64,000 nt of DNA from an uncultured marine group III euryarchaeote. GTDB taxonomy: Archaea > Thermoplasmatota > Poseidoniia > MGIII > CG-Epi1. The notes under the pieces are model-generated. The model made no database searches. It was not told where the DNA came from and saw only the letters and a program-made list of their open reading frames with translations. Positions 39,121 to 49,697 of this stretch are shown piece after piece; position 1 is the stretch's first letter; each line of letters begins with the position of its first letter. Where the stretch lies: contig CACOJW010000004.1 in assembly GCA_902627615.1 (NCBI GenBank), positions 11,965 through 75,964 of the forward strand, in the 5' to 3' direction. Both the position numbers and the translations under genes were made by a program.

Positions 39121-40941
39121 GTGGAACAAATAGTTGAATGCGTACCTAATTTCTCTGAAGGAAGAAACGAAAACACAATAAATGAAATTAAAAAAAGTAT
39201 TGAATCCGTTAATGGTATCAAGATATTAGATGTAGATATGGGGGCTGACACAAATAGAACCGTAGTCACATTTATTGGTTCTCCTAAAAACATTTCTGAA
39301 GCTGCGTTCATGGGTGTTAAAAGAGCTTCGGAATTAATTGACATGGCCGAGCATGAAGGCGCACATCCGAGAATGGGAGCTACTGATGTTTGTCCGTTCA
39401 TACCTGTTTCTAACGTAACTATGGAAGAATGCATAGAAATTGCAAAGTATACTGGAGAAAAAATTGCTAAGGAACTAAATATTCCTATATATCTTTACGA
39501 AGAAGCTGCAAGCAAAGCTGATAGAAAAAATTTAGCAACTGTCAGATCTGGAGAGTATGAAGGCCTTAAAAGCAAATTAAAAGAGAAAGAATGGAAACCT
39601 GATTATGGAAGTAGAAAATTTAATTCAAAATCTGGCGCTACCGCTGTTGGTGCAAGAGAATTCTTAATAGCTTATAACATTAATCTTAACACAAATGACC
39701 GGACTTATGCGAATGAAATCGCATACGAAATAAGAGAAAGAGGTAGGTGGAAAAGAACAGGTAATATTCACCCATTTTACTATAAAGGAGATGTAGTTTA
39801 TTTTGGGAAAGATAAATACCCTGATGGAAACAGCGACTTTGTAGGTAAAAACTTTGAGGAATTGGAAACATATTACAAGAACGAATATGGCAAGAATCTA
39901 CGGAAAAGATATGAGAGTATAGGATTAGATCCTGATAATTTGGAAGGAATGCCTGTCTATAAAGACGGGAAATTTACTCACGTGAAAGGATTAGGATGGA
40001 TAATTCCAGAATACAATCGAGCACAAATAAGCATGAATTTAACAAATTACAAAATTACACCAATACATGAAATTTACGATTCTGTGTGTAAAGAAGCTGA
40101 AAAAAGAGGAATTCGAGTTACGGGTTCAGAAATTGTAGGTTTAATTCCATACGATGCGATAAAAGATGCTGCGGTGCACTATCTTTCTAAGATGCATAAA
40201 TCACCAGGATTGCCTATTCCTGATTTGATGAATGTTGCTATTCAAAGCTTAGGATTATCGGACGTTGCTGATTTTAACCCCCATGACAAGGTATTAGGTA
40301 TGCCAAAAACCAGTGGAGAGTTAGCAAATCGAATTACTTTTGATTTTGTCGATGAAGTCTCAAGAGATTCACCAGCTCCTGGCGGCGGCTCCGTAGCTGC
40401 ATTATCTGGAGCTCTGGGTGCGGCATTAGGAACAATGGTGGCTAATCTTAGCACGAGTAAGGCTGGATTTGAAAAACTAAAAGCTAAACTCTCCGATATC
40501 TCAAGTAAGGGTCAAAATATTAAAGATAAGTTAATCAAGGCTATTGATGATGATACAAGTGCTTTTGATGAAGTTATAAAAGCAATGAGAATGCCAAAGG
40601 ATACTGAAAAAGAGAAAAAATTGCGTAATAAAAAAATGCAAGATGGATATAAAATTGCAACATTAGTACCGCTGGAAACTCTAGAAAACTGCAAAGACGC
40701 ACTTTACATTTGCAAGGATATCTCAGAACTAATGGATGAAAGTATGTCGAGTGATGTAGGCTCTGGTGCTCTAATGGCTAATGCTGGAGCTAATGCGGCT
40801 GCCTATAATGTCAGAATAAATTTGAAAAGTATAACTGACAAAAGTTTTTCTTCAGAAACAATAAAAAAACTTGAAGTATCACTTAAGGATTGTAAAAATA
40901 CATTGAAAACTATCCTCGGCAATGTTGAGAAATGCCTTTAA
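39121..40941 (+). CDS. ftcD: Bifunctional glutamate formiminotransferase / formiminotetrahydrofolate cyclodeaminase, GTG start
   Basis: VECVPNFSEGR, HEGAHPRMGATDVCPF, GAREFLIAYN, AQISMNL, SPAPGGGSVAA, NVRINL. Confidence 0.95.
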   Translation: MEQIVECVPNFSEGRNENTINEIKKSIESVNGIKILDVDMGADTNRTVVTFIGSPKNISEAAFMGVKRASELIDMAEHEGAHPRMGATDVCPFIPVSNVTMEECIEIAKYTGEKIAKELNIPIYLYEEAASKADRKNLATVRSGEYEGLKSKLKEKEWKPDYGSRKFNSKSGATAVGAREFLIAYNINLNTNDRTYANEIAYEIRERGRWKRTGNIHPFYYKGDVVYFGKDKYPDGNSDFVGKNFEELETYYKNEYGKNLRKRYESIGLDPDNLEGMPVYKDGKFTHVKGLGWIIPEYNRAQISMNLTNYKITPIHEIYDSVCKEAEKRGIRVTGSEIVGLIPYDAIKDAAVHYLSKMHKSPGLPIPDLMNVAIQSLGLSDVADFNPHDKVLGMPKTSGELANRITFDFVDEVSRDSPAPGGGSVAALSGALGAALGTMVANLSTSKAGFEKLKAKLSDISSKGQNIKDKLIKAIDDDTSAFDEVIKAMRMPKDTEKEKKLRNKKMQDGYKIATLVPLETLENCKDALYICKDISELMDESMSSDVGSGALMANAGANAAAYNVRINLKSITDKSFSSETIKKLEVSLKDCKNTLKTILGNVEKCL

Positions 40942-40944
40942 ATT

Positions 40945-43900
40945 TTATTTTGTTATCTTCTTAAAAACAAAATAGACTATACCAAAAGCAATTATTATCA
41001 GCATAGAAGAATCGAGAAATCCACTATCTACTTGCTGCTCAAACTGTATCTCTTCATATTCTAAAGACTTGCTAGGATCGTTAGGATAAGCATCTGAATT
41101 ATCACCGAATCCATCCTTATCTGTATCTTTCCATTCATTAGGATTGTTCGGGAATGGATCTGAACCGTCACAAACTCCGTCACCGTCAGTGTCTACTGAA
41201 CCTCTCTTATCCTCTGGACACGCATCAGTATTATTCCCAATACCGTCTCCATCCGTATCGATATATTCATCAGAATCTAGAGGAAATTCATCAATTGAAT
41301 CATTATAACCATCTAAATCAGTGTCTACATTTTTGGGATCTGTGCCAATACTAATTTCATAATTATCACCCCATGAATCACCATCCGTATCATATTGTTC
41401 GCTTGAATTTAAAGGAAATGAATCGCTGTTGTCGCCTACACCATCGCCATCTGTATCATTCCACTCTAGGGCATCTGTAGGAAAAGCATCCCCTGTCTGA
41501 TTCATTCGAAGATTCGTTGAAAAATTAAATTCATAATCATATTTATCTGTATGATTATCTCCATCTGTATCATTAGTAATTGGCGAGGTTTGATAAATAA
41601 AGTACTCATCAAAATCACTTATCCCGTCATAATCTGTATCCGGATTTGTAATATCTGTAACAAAACCATCGATACCAAAATAGGCTTCTTCATCATCACT
41701 TAATTTATCACCGTCTGTATCTGATGAATTTGGATTACTGTATCTTATACCATCATCCGGTCTGAAAAATTGGTAACTATTGCCGAAGCCTTTTGGCTTA
41801 TTAAATACATACATTATTTCATTATCAGTTAATTCACGATTCCAAATTGAAATTTGATCTATTGTTCCATTAAGATAATCACCATTTTGGCCTCTACACA
41901 TATAGTTATAACTTGTTGCAGTTTTTATTGAGGGATTATCAACAACCTCTTCTGAAACTAAGGTACCATTAACATATAGTCTAAGCCTTTGATTTGATTC
42001 ACTATATGTTGCAGCCAAATTATACCATATCCCCAGTTCAGGCTGAATGCTATCATTTGTTATCGGTGAAAAATAATATTTACTCCCAGAATAAACTTTA
42101 AACTCAAAATATCCTTCGCTGTTAATTCCTAACCATGTTCGGCCGTCATTTACAGTGCCGACAACTGTTGAAAAATCATCATCATCATCATCTTCACTAC
42201 TGAGGTCATTTATCCTGACCCAACCCTGAACCGTGTATTCTTCAAATTTTAAATTATCTAATGAATTTGTTCTAACGTAATCATCAACTCCGTCACAATT
42301 TATTCCACTCGAGAATTTACCTGGTACTCTTTCTGCTCCTCCTAATAAAATGCCAATACCTCCAACTGAATTTGATACATCAGTTGGTATCGTACCATCA
42401 AATTTCCACAACCCCTTTAAACTAATTTCATTTAAAGAAAAAATTTTACTTTCAATTTTTCTATTATCATATTCATCAATATTCTTTATGGTATCATTGT
42501 CAAGATCCTCAAGAGAATCATCAACCAAGGGATTCAAACCAACAAGATACTCCCAACCATCTGGTAATCCGTCGCCATCGGAATCCTGATTCTTAGGATT
42601 TGTCCCTAAATGGTATTCTTTAGCATTAGTAAACATCTCAGAATCGGAGATAATTCCATTAAAATCTAAATCAAAGCTATCAAGATCTGAATCCTGTGCG
42701 CCATCCGATTTTTTCATAGGATTGAAACCAACTAATACTTCGTACCAATCTGGCATCGTATCATTATCTCCATCAACACTTGTGGGATCACTTGGCTTAA
42801 TTGTGCCATTAGTCATATCATAAGCAAATATTTCATTATAATCTGTTAACTGATGCTCAAAAGAAGGATCTTGGTAAAGAGTGTCTCCATCAGTATCTGA
42901 CGTTAAAGGACTGGTAAAATATTCATTAAGTTCCTCACCATCTAGTAAACCATCTAAATCGGTATCATTACTTGTTGGGTCTGTGGCTCCAAAGTCTTCC
43001 GTGAAGGGAATTGGAATTGGATTGTATCCTTCATCAAAATCTTCTATGCCATCATTATCTGTATCTCTATGCTTAGGATTCGTCTTGTAATTTTCTCCCT
43101 TAAAATTTTTCCACCCATAATATTCATCACCATCAAGTATACCATCCGCATCAAAATCTGGATTTGTAATACCTGTACCTAGCTTAGAATCAACGTAATC
43201 TGGTAAATTGTCATTATCAATATCTGTATCATTAGTACCGTAAAAAGATAATGACCAGTAATTAAAAGTACGAGTTGACGAACCTCCTGCTACTGTATCA
43301 TTCACCTTGAGCTTCCATTCTCCATAACTGTTTTCTCCCCAGTGAACTACTGAAGTAAAAGTCCAATCGTGGTAATTAGGATTTAAATCTTGGTCATTGG
43401 CCCTTACTAATTCAGAAACTTTACCGTTAGGAGACTCAAGGAAAAAATTCAGATCACCACGGTCATCATGAGTCACGTTTACATTAATTTCTACTGTCTC
43501 AATCCAAATTCCTCTATCAACAAATACCTCAGACGTAACACCTTCATTGTTATCATCTAATATCGATTGATCAACCGGTACTGCTTGAATAACAAGGTTA
43601 ACTTCTTCATCGACATTTTCCCATGTTTCGGCCAAATTTACTGCTGCATTTGCGTCTACTAAACCGTAACCATATGCATGATTGTAATCCCTGTTTGCAT
43701 TTGTTTTAAACCAGCCATCAGAGTTACCTGTTTTACTTGAGCTTTGAACTAATATGTGTTGAACATCTCTCCAAGTTAGAGCTGGATTAGCTTCCAACAT
43801 AAGCGCTACTACTCCTGCAACCATAGGCGTAGCAACTGAAGTTCCACCAACAACTGAAGTATAATTGTTAAAAGATTTGCCACCTTCGCCTACAATATCT

Positions 43901-45156
43901 GTTGAAAAAATTCCTGCATCCAATAATTCTGTTCCATTGTGCGAAGGTGCCGAAACGAGGACATTAGAACCAAATTCTGAATAAGATGTTTGCTTACCTT
44001 GCCAATTTATCGCACCGACCGCAATAGTATATCTGCTATTTGCATAAGCATCTTTGTTTGAATAGTCACCATTACTTTGACCATTACCATTAGACCACAA
44101 AAATATTGAACCTAAACCTCCTCTTCCATCACTTACGCCGGCTTCTAGAGCTGCCATAGTCAAAGGACCCATATATCCTAAAGTTTTACCATCGTCTACA
44201 GGACCCCAACTGTTAGAATAAACATCAATATTTTGAGAACTGTGTGACAATGCTTCTGATATGGCTAAATCATTCAGATTATATGATCGTTTACCTGAAA
44301 TTGGATTCTCATCATCTGAATACATACACTCTCCAGCCACTAACCTTATTCCTGCTATACTGGAATTGTAAGCGACTCCTGCAATCCCTATCCCGTTATT
44401 TCCTTTACCAGCAGCGATTCCTGAAACTGCAGTTCCATGCCAATCAATGACGTCGTCGCCGTCATCTTCGTAAGAATCTACAGGCATAACATCATTATCA
44501 TCTTCACAAAAATCTTTACTATATTCGCTTTTAAAATTTGGAGATATATCTGGATGTGTGTAATCTATACCATCATCTACAATTCCAATTACAACATCAC
44601 CTCCTGTATATTCATCCCAGACATTATCAATATTTAGATCTACACCTGCAGTTCCATTATTTTGTCCGCTATTATCGAGATACCATTGTTTAGAAATATT
44701 TGAATCGTTAGGCTGATACTTCAAACTGACTTCCTTCTCGGTTAAAGGATAATAATTCCAAAGGTAACCCCTGTTATTCATTTCAGATAAATGTGTAATT
44801 GCAATATCTCCCGTTTGAAATGTTAAAATCCACACACCCGCAAGAATGCTAAATTCTTCTATATTTTCAATTAAAGACAAATCTATTAAATTATCTAAAT
44901 TTTGATTGCAATAAGGATGATTGAACAAAACTACCCATTGATTACTCAAATAAATTTCTGAAAGGCTATATTGTTCTAAGTTTGACTCTCTCTGGAAAGC
45001 TTTCTTGACGTTATTCGAAAAAGTTCCAGGACCGCATTCTGAAATTTTAGTCTCTAAGAATTCTGTATCATAATCAACAGATGATAATTGACCTGTATAT
45101 ACAAAACTCGTCAGAAACGTGCCAACGAGAAGTGCAGCCACAATATAGGCCTTCAT
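40945..45156 (-). CDS. Membrane-anchored kexin/furin-like S8 peptidase with P domain, TSP3-like Ca-binding repeats and LamG domain
   Basis: IVDDG, WHGTAVSG, SNSWGP, NGNG, GTSVATP, LTWRDVQH, RGDL; many DxDxDG repeats; WYNLAATY/LYVNG/GTIDQISIWNR; C-terminal TM. Confidence 0.92.
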   Translation of the reverse strand: MKAYIVAALLVGTFLTSFVYTGQLSSVDYDTEFLETKISECGPGTFSNNVKKAFQRESNLEQYSLSEIYLSNQWVVLFNHPYCNQNLDNLIDLSLIENIEEFSILAGVWILTFQTGDIAITHLSEMNNRGYLWNYYPLTEKEVSLKYQPNDSNISKQWYLDNSGQNNGTAGVDLNIDNVWDEYTGGDVVIGIVDDGIDYTHPDISPNFKSEYSKDFCEDDNDVMPVDSYEDDGDDVIDWHGTAVSGIAAGKGNNGIGIAGVAYNSSIAGIRLVAGECMYSDDENPISGKRSYNLNDLAISEALSHSSQNIDVYSNSWGPVDDGKTLGYMGPLTMAALEAGVSDGRGGLGSIFLWSNGNGQSNGDYSNKDAYANSRYTIAVGAINWQGKQTSYSEFGSNVLVSAPSHNGTELLDAGIFSTDIVGEGGKSFNNYTSVVGGTSVATPMVAGVVALMLEANPALTWRDVQHILVQSSSKTGNSDGWFKTNANRDYNHAYGYGLVDANAAVNLAETWENVDEEVNLVIQAVPVDQSILDDNNEGVTSEVFVDRGIWIETVEINVNVTHDDRGDLNFFLESPNGKVSELVRANDQDLNPNYHDWTFTSVVHWGENSYGEWKLKVNDTVAGGSSTRTFNYWSLSFYGTNDTDIDNDNLPDYVDSKLGTGITNPDFDADGILDGDEYYGWKNFKGENYKTNPKHRDTDNDGIEDFDEGYNPIPIPFTEDFGATDPTSNDTDLDGLLDGEELNEYFTSPLTSDTDGDTLYQDPSFEHQLTDYNEIFAYDMTNGTIKPSDPTSVDGDNDTMPDWYEVLVGFNPMKKSDGAQDSDLDSFDLDFNGIISDSEMFTNAKEYHLGTNPKNQDSDGDGLPDGWEYLVGLNPLVDDSLEDLDNDTIKNIDEYDNRKIESKIFSLNEISLKGLWKFDGTIPTDVSNSVGGIGILLGGAERVPGKFSSGINCDGVDDYVRTNSLDNLKFEEYTVQGWVRINDLSSEDDDDDDFSTVVGTVNDGRTWLGINSEGYFEFKVYSGSKYYFSPITNDSIQPELGIWYNLAATYSESNQRLRLYVNGTLVSEEVVDNPSIKTATSYNYMCRGQNGDYLNGTIDQISIWNRELTDNEIMYVFNKPKGFGNSYQFFRPDDGIRYSNPNSSDTDGDKLSDDEEAYFGIDGFVTDITNPDTDYDGISDFDEYFIYQTSPITNDTDGDNHTDKYDYEFNFSTNLRMNQTGDAFPTDALEWNDTDGDGVGDNSDSFPLNSSEQYDTDGDSWGDNYEISIGTDPKNVDTDLDGYNDSIDEFPLDSDEYIDTDGDGIGNNTDACPEDKRGSVDTDGDGVCDGSDPFPNNPNEWKDTDKDGFGDNSDAYPNDPSKSLEYEEIQFEQQVDSGFLDSSMLIIIAFGIVYFVFKKITK

Positions 45157-45188
45157 GATATTGTAGAAGAGGGGCGTTCTAAAGCCTT

Positions 45189-47117
45189 TCAGAATGCTAA
45201 ATTCATATATTCTAACAAAGATTCAGGATTTGCCAATACATCTTTATTTTTAACCTGTTTACCAATTATAGTTGACAATACTGCTTTCTCTACTTTTTTA
45301 CCACTTATAGTGTACGGTATTTCCGCAACTGAAAATATGTACTTTGGAATATGACGTGGAGTGGTCATTAATCTAATTGTATTTCTAATCTTAGTTTCCA
45401 TATCTAAATTTAAATCAGCTCCATCGACTAATTTTACACACAGAACTATCTCCACATCGCCTGCATTCGGCCTTCCGACAACTACGGCATCCTCTACTGC
45501 AGATAAGGTTTCTACTGCTCTATATATCTCGGCAGTACCTATTCTAACACCGCCTGGATTCAGGGTAGTATCACTTCTGCCATAGATTATAGCGCCTCGA
45601 TTCTCTGTAATTTCAAGGTAATCTCCATGAGTCCAAACATTAGGAAATTCGTCAAAATAAGCATTATGATATTTTAGTCCATCATCATCATTCCAAAAAC
45701 TAATCGGCATTGATGGAAATGGTTTCGTACAAACTAATTCGCCGCTCTGCCCAATAACTGAGTTTCCTGTTTCGTCCCACGATTGAACATCCATCCCTAA
45801 TTGAGGGCACTGAATTTCCCCTCTATAAACTGGCAATATGGGTGAACCTGCCAAAAAACAACCAATTATATCAGTGCCTCCCGAAATTGAAGCTAAATGT
45901 ATGTCTGAACTAACATTATCGTAAACCCAATCGAATTGCTCTGGAACTAAAGGCGAACCTGTTGAAAGCAGGGATTTTAAACGTGAAAGATCAGAATTTT
46001 CTTTGGGAACTAACGATTCATTTGCACAAGCACTCAAAAATTTAGGACTTGTTCCGAAATGTGTTATGCCAGTTCTATCAGCCAAATCCCATAAAGTTCC
46101 TAGACCTTTATGACTTGGACTTCCATCGTATAGAACAATAGTTGCCCCAGAAGCTAAACCCGATACTAACCAATTCCACATCATCCAACCACAAGTAGTA
46201 AACCAAAACAAAGTATCTCTGCCTCTTTGTACATCACATTGGAGCTGGTGCTCTTTTAGATGCTGAATCAATGTTCCTCCTGCTCCATGGACTATAGATT
46301 TTGGACGGCCGGTAGTACCTGATGAATACATTATGTAAAGAGGATGATCAAAAGGCAGCTGTTTGAATTGGGGTTTATCTAAATCACTTAACAATAGATC
46401 GTCATAATTGATAACTGATGAATGATTAAGATCGTACGTCAAAGAAACAAATTCTATACATATTGTGTGCTTTATGCAGTCTATTTGATCCAGTACTCCA
46501 TTAATCTTTTCTTCCAAACTGAAGGTTTTTCCATTGTAATTATATCCGTTAGCAACAATTAATACTTCAGGTTCTACCTGTCCAAATCTATCTATAACCC
46601 CCTGTGAACCAAAATCTGGAGAACAAGAAGTCCATACTCCACCTGATGAAGCTACTGCTAGCATCAGAATAACTGTTTCAACACAGTTAGGAACAAAAGC
46701 TGCAACTCTTGTTCCCTCCTTTACGTCTAAATTTTCTAATCCTCTTTGAGCCGATGCTACCGCTCTATTCAACTCTGCAAAAGTATAGAATTTATCTTCT
46801 CTTCCTTCTGCGACACTGATTATAGCCGTTTGATTGGATTCGCCTGAAAGTAAATTTTCTGCATAATTAAGCTCTGCACCTTCAAACCACTTTGCTCCTG
46901 GCATGACTGGATTTGTTAAAACTGAACCATAAGCTTTAGAATGAATAATTCCTGAAAAATTCCAAAATTCTTCCCAAAAATCCTCAATATTGTCTATAGA
47001 CCAAGAGTGAAGTGAAAAATAATCCTTAAAATCTTGTGAAGAATTTTTCATAAATTTATTAATTAAACTAGATTTCCTTCGGTTTTCTGATGGGGTCCAC
47101 AATATATCATTCATCAA
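45189..47117 (-). CDS. Acetoacetate--CoA ligase
   Basis: LNYAENLL, YIMYSSGTTGRPK, TTCGWMMWNW, SISGGTD, WTHGD, GRSDTTLNPGGVRIGT, SGKKVE. Confidence 0.93.
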   Translation of the reverse strand: MMNDILWTPSENRRKSSLINKFMKNSSQDFKDYFSLHSWSIDNIEDFWEEFWNFSGIIHSKAYGSVLTNPVMPGAKWFEGAELNYAENLLSGESNQTAIISVAEGREDKFYTFAELNRAVASAQRGLENLDVKEGTRVAAFVPNCVETVILMLAVASSGGVWTSCSPDFGSQGVIDRFGQVEPEVLIVANGYNYNGKTFSLEEKINGVLDQIDCIKHTICIEFVSLTYDLNHSSVINYDDLLLSDLDKPQFKQLPFDHPLYIMYSSGTTGRPKSIVHGAGGTLIQHLKEHQLQCDVQRGRDTLFWFTTCGWMMWNWLVSGLASGATIVLYDGSPSHKGLGTLWDLADRTGITHFGTSPKFLSACANESLVPKENSDLSRLKSLLSTGSPLVPEQFDWVYDNVSSDIHLASISGGTDIIGCFLAGSPILPVYRGEIQCPQLGMDVQSWDETGNSVIGQSGELVCTKPFPSMPISFWNDDDGLKYHNAYFDEFPNVWTHGDYLEITENRGAIIYGRSDTTLNPGGVRIGTAEIYRAVETLSAVEDAVVVGRPNAGDVEIVLCVKLVDGADLNLDMETKIRNTIRLMTTPRHIPKYIFSVAEIPYTISGKKVEKAVLSTIIGKQVKNKDVLANPESLLEYMNLAF

Positions 47118-47157
47118 TGAATGATATGAAAGGTCGTTAAAAAATTAGATGATTACT

Positions 47158-48297
47158 TTAGAGCATTCCTGCTTTCTGGATTACCATTAATTGCTCTGTT
47201 GTTAATTTTTCCCCTGCAAGGAATTTTGCAAATAAATCCTCTGCACTAGCTGCGCTAGCCTTTTGATCTACGGAACTTCCAGTTCTGCCCTGAGATGCGG
47301 TCATCCTGTCGATTTCTTGCATCCCTCTCAAATATTCAATATATTCATTATGAACTTCGTCTGCTTTTTCTTTAGCTTTTACAAATAGCCTTTGAGCTGC
47401 GTCTGCCTTCCTACGTGTTTGACGATTGGTCCTCAATGAATCTTTCATTGAATGGTGAGCTGCTTGAGCCTCTTGCCGGCTTTTTTGCATTTTTTTACCT
47501 AAATCCCTTCGGCTGTTTTCTGCTTCCCTAAACTTGTCCCTAGCCTCTAAAACTTCAGTATCAGTTTCAATAAGATTATCGTGCTCTTTGATTTTATTTT
47601 GAAGTGAACTTATTTCATCAACTAAGGCTCTCTCTTTATCCGTAGTTAAAGGGGTAGTCATTTGCTTTATTTCTAACTCTTGAATTTGCTTTCTCAGACG
47701 GGAAACTGGAGGTAAATTGCGTCCTGAAAAGCGCTTGCGTTTTAATCTTAAAAAAGTATCTTTGAGTCCATTGACAACATCTGAAACTTCTCGTCTTTCA
47801 TCCCTAATTTGGCCTACTTCAACATTAAGCCCATTCCTTCTATCTCTGAATAAGTGTACATTATCCATATGCTCTTTGGCTTTATTGTTTAATTCATTGC
47901 GCTCAGAAGCATGCGTTTGAGATTGAAGATTTAGTTCATCCCTTTTAATTCTAAGAACTTCAGCTTCCTTGTGATACTTTTTTCGTAGTTCTCTTAATTG
48001 AGTACGTGAAAGGCTTTCTAATTCTTCTATAGTAAACAAAGATTTAGAATCATCTTCATCATTGTTTTCATTATCCAAGGATTGGTCAGTTTCTTCTTGG
48101 TCAGAGGCAGTTAATCTTTCAACAAGATCTGATTTCTTCCCAGATGTAGGTAAACCTAACTCTTTCAGTTTTTCTTTGAGTACTCCTACTGTTAACTTAC
48201 TGTATTCTAGGGCGTTTTCTGCAGAGCTTTCGCTCTCATTGGAAGGCTGATTGCCTTCTGTTGCTGCAGGGGCTTGGGTTTCCTGCTCGGAATCCAT
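47158..48297 (-). CDS. Archaeal long coiled-coil protein (COG1340-like) with N-terminal SAP domain
   Basis: LTVGVLKEKLKELGLPTSGKKSDLVERL (SAP); KRDELN repeats, LEIKQMT, KADEVHNEY, GEKLTTEQL. Confidence 0.85.
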   Translation of the reverse strand: MDSEQETQAPAATEGNQPSNESESSAENALEYSKLTVGVLKEKLKELGLPTSGKKSDLVERLTASDQEETDQSLDNENNDEDDSKSLFTIEELESLSRTQLRELRKKYHKEAEVLRIKRDELNLQSQTHASERNELNNKAKEHMDNVHLFRDRRNGLNVEVGQIRDERREVSDVVNGLKDTFLRLKRKRFSGRNLPPVSRLRKQIQELEIKQMTTPLTTDKERALVDEISSLQNKIKEHDNLIETDTEVLEARDKFREAENSRRDLGKKMQKSRQEAQAAHHSMKDSLRTNRQTRRKADAAQRLFVKAKEKADEVHNEYIEYLRGMQEIDRMTASQGRTGSSVDQKASAASAEDLFAKFLAGEKLTTEQLMVIQKAGML

Positions 48298-48332
48298 TGA
48301 ACTTCATATGGGGGATTAAACCCACATCAACC

Positions 48333-48647
48333 TCAACCGAAAAGAGCACCAAGACCGGATACAGCGTCTTCTTCGCTTACTTCTTCCTCTTCTTCTTCTT
48401 CGGCTTCTGCTGGTGCCTCTTCTGAAGATGCGGCTGCGGCTGCTGGTGCGGCGCCTGCAGCTGGTGCGGCGACGGCGGCTGTAGCCATTGCTTCCTCAAT
48501 ATCGACTCCTTCTAGAGAAGCTACAAGAGCCTCTGCTCTTGATTTATCTGCCTTGATGCCTGCGGCTTTCAAGACTTTCTCGACGCTCTTTGCGTCAACC
48601 TTTGCTCCTGCTGAGTGCAGTAACATTGCCGTATAGACGTATTCCAT
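48333..48647 (-). CDS. rpl12: 50S ribosomal protein L12 (aP1)
   Basis: [14 protein letters not shown]; Ala hinge; acidic tail ending GLGALFG. Confidence 0.97.
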   Translation of the reverse strand: MEYVYTAMLLHSAGAKVDAKSVEKVLKAAGIKADKSRAEALVASLEGVDIEEAMATAAVAAPAAGAAPAAAAASSEEAPAEAEEEEEEEVSEEDAVSGLGALFG

Positions 48648-48665
48648 TTTTTTGCCTCCTTTTTA

Positions 48666-49697
48666 TTATCCGAATAATGCTCCGAGGCCTGCGGCAGTAT
48701 CTTCCTCAGATGCTTCCTCTTCCTCTTCGTCTTCTTCATCCTCTTCTGAGGATGATGCTTCTTCCACTGAAGCTGGTGCAACAGCTGCTGCAGACGCAGC
48801 GTTACCCAACATTTCTTTCAACTCTTCATCAGCACCATCTCCGGCATGGCCTGCAACGCCAAGCATTGCTCCATGTGCTTTGGAGAGTAGAGCCTTGATA
48901 GTTGACTCAGATGGATATGCTGTTGAAACTGCTACAGCCAAAGCATCGCTATGTGCTTTAGACAGTAATGGTTTCATTACAGATCCAGTGAAATAACATG
49001 TATTGAATGCGAGATTGAAAGACTGAGCTGTAGCTGTTTGTATTGTGCTACGGAACTCTTCCATGTCTATGTCAAGAACATCTGAAAGGTAGAAAGTTTC
49101 TCCATCAAATGCTCCTAACAACTGCATTCCAACAGTTATCGGATAAATTTCAAGTTTGTCAAGTGCAGCGGCTACTTCAGCGCTAATTACTTCGCCTTCT
49201 GCTACAGCAGTATGTTTTTTTCTAATTACAATTTTCCCTTTTTCTATTGCTGCAGGAAATCCTGCGTTTTGGAAATCACCAACTATAGGTCCTGCTGGGA
49301 AAGCCGTAGGGCCTTTTTCGAGAACAATATCGTATGAAGCGATTTCTCCACCCTTAGCTGGAGCCATTGTCTGAGACTCTAACAGCATTTGGAAAATTTT
49401 AAACGGGCTCTCTTTAGAAGATAGTAACGCTAATTGACGTTGATCAAAAGCGTCTATAACTTGGTCAACACCTTTCTTATTTTTGGATGCTTCAGATAGT
49501 GCTAATTTTAGTAGCCTGTTACGAGACATTCTTAATTTTACACCCATTTCTCTCAAAGAAGCACGCATTGTTAGCATCTGCTTAGCTCCAATTCCTGTAA
49601 CATCAACAAGACCTACCACATTAGCGCCCTCGACAAATTGTTGTATTTCAGAAACTTCACTGCGCTTCCAATCTGCTACAAAAGCTTCAGGCTTCAT
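48666..49697 (-). CDS. rpl10: 50S ribosomal protein L10 (aP0)
   Basis: VADWK, SRNRLL, PFKIF, GPTAFPAGP, GLGALFG; start moved from 49736 to ATG 49697 (ATGA overlap with rpl1 stop). Confidence 0.96.
   Translation of the reverse strand: MKPEAFVADWKRSEVSEIQQFVEGANVVGLVDVTGIGAKQMLTMRASLREMGVKLRMSRNRLLKLALSEASKNKKGVDQVIDAFDQRQLALLSSKESPFKIFQMLLESQTMAPAKGGEIASYDIVLEKGPTAFPAGPIVGDFQNAGFPAAIEKGKIVIRKKHTAVAEGEVISAEVAAALDKLEIYPITVGMQLLGAFDGETFYLSDVLDIDMEEFRSTIQTATAQSFNLAFNTCYFTGSVMKPLLSKAHSDALAVAVSTAYPSESTIKALLSKAHGAMLGVAGHAGDGADEELKEMLGNAASAAAVAPASVEEASSSEEDEEDEEEEEASEEDTAAGLGALFG

Noticed and set aside
48305-48332. Small hairpin after rpl12 as a terminator
   Set aside because: Short stem with a mismatch and no oligo-T tract; not enough support
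48333-48800. GC-richer patch and duplicated EEE...GLGALFG ends
   Set aside because: Normal Ala-rich hinges and shared C-termini of archaeal P1 and P0; not foreign DNA
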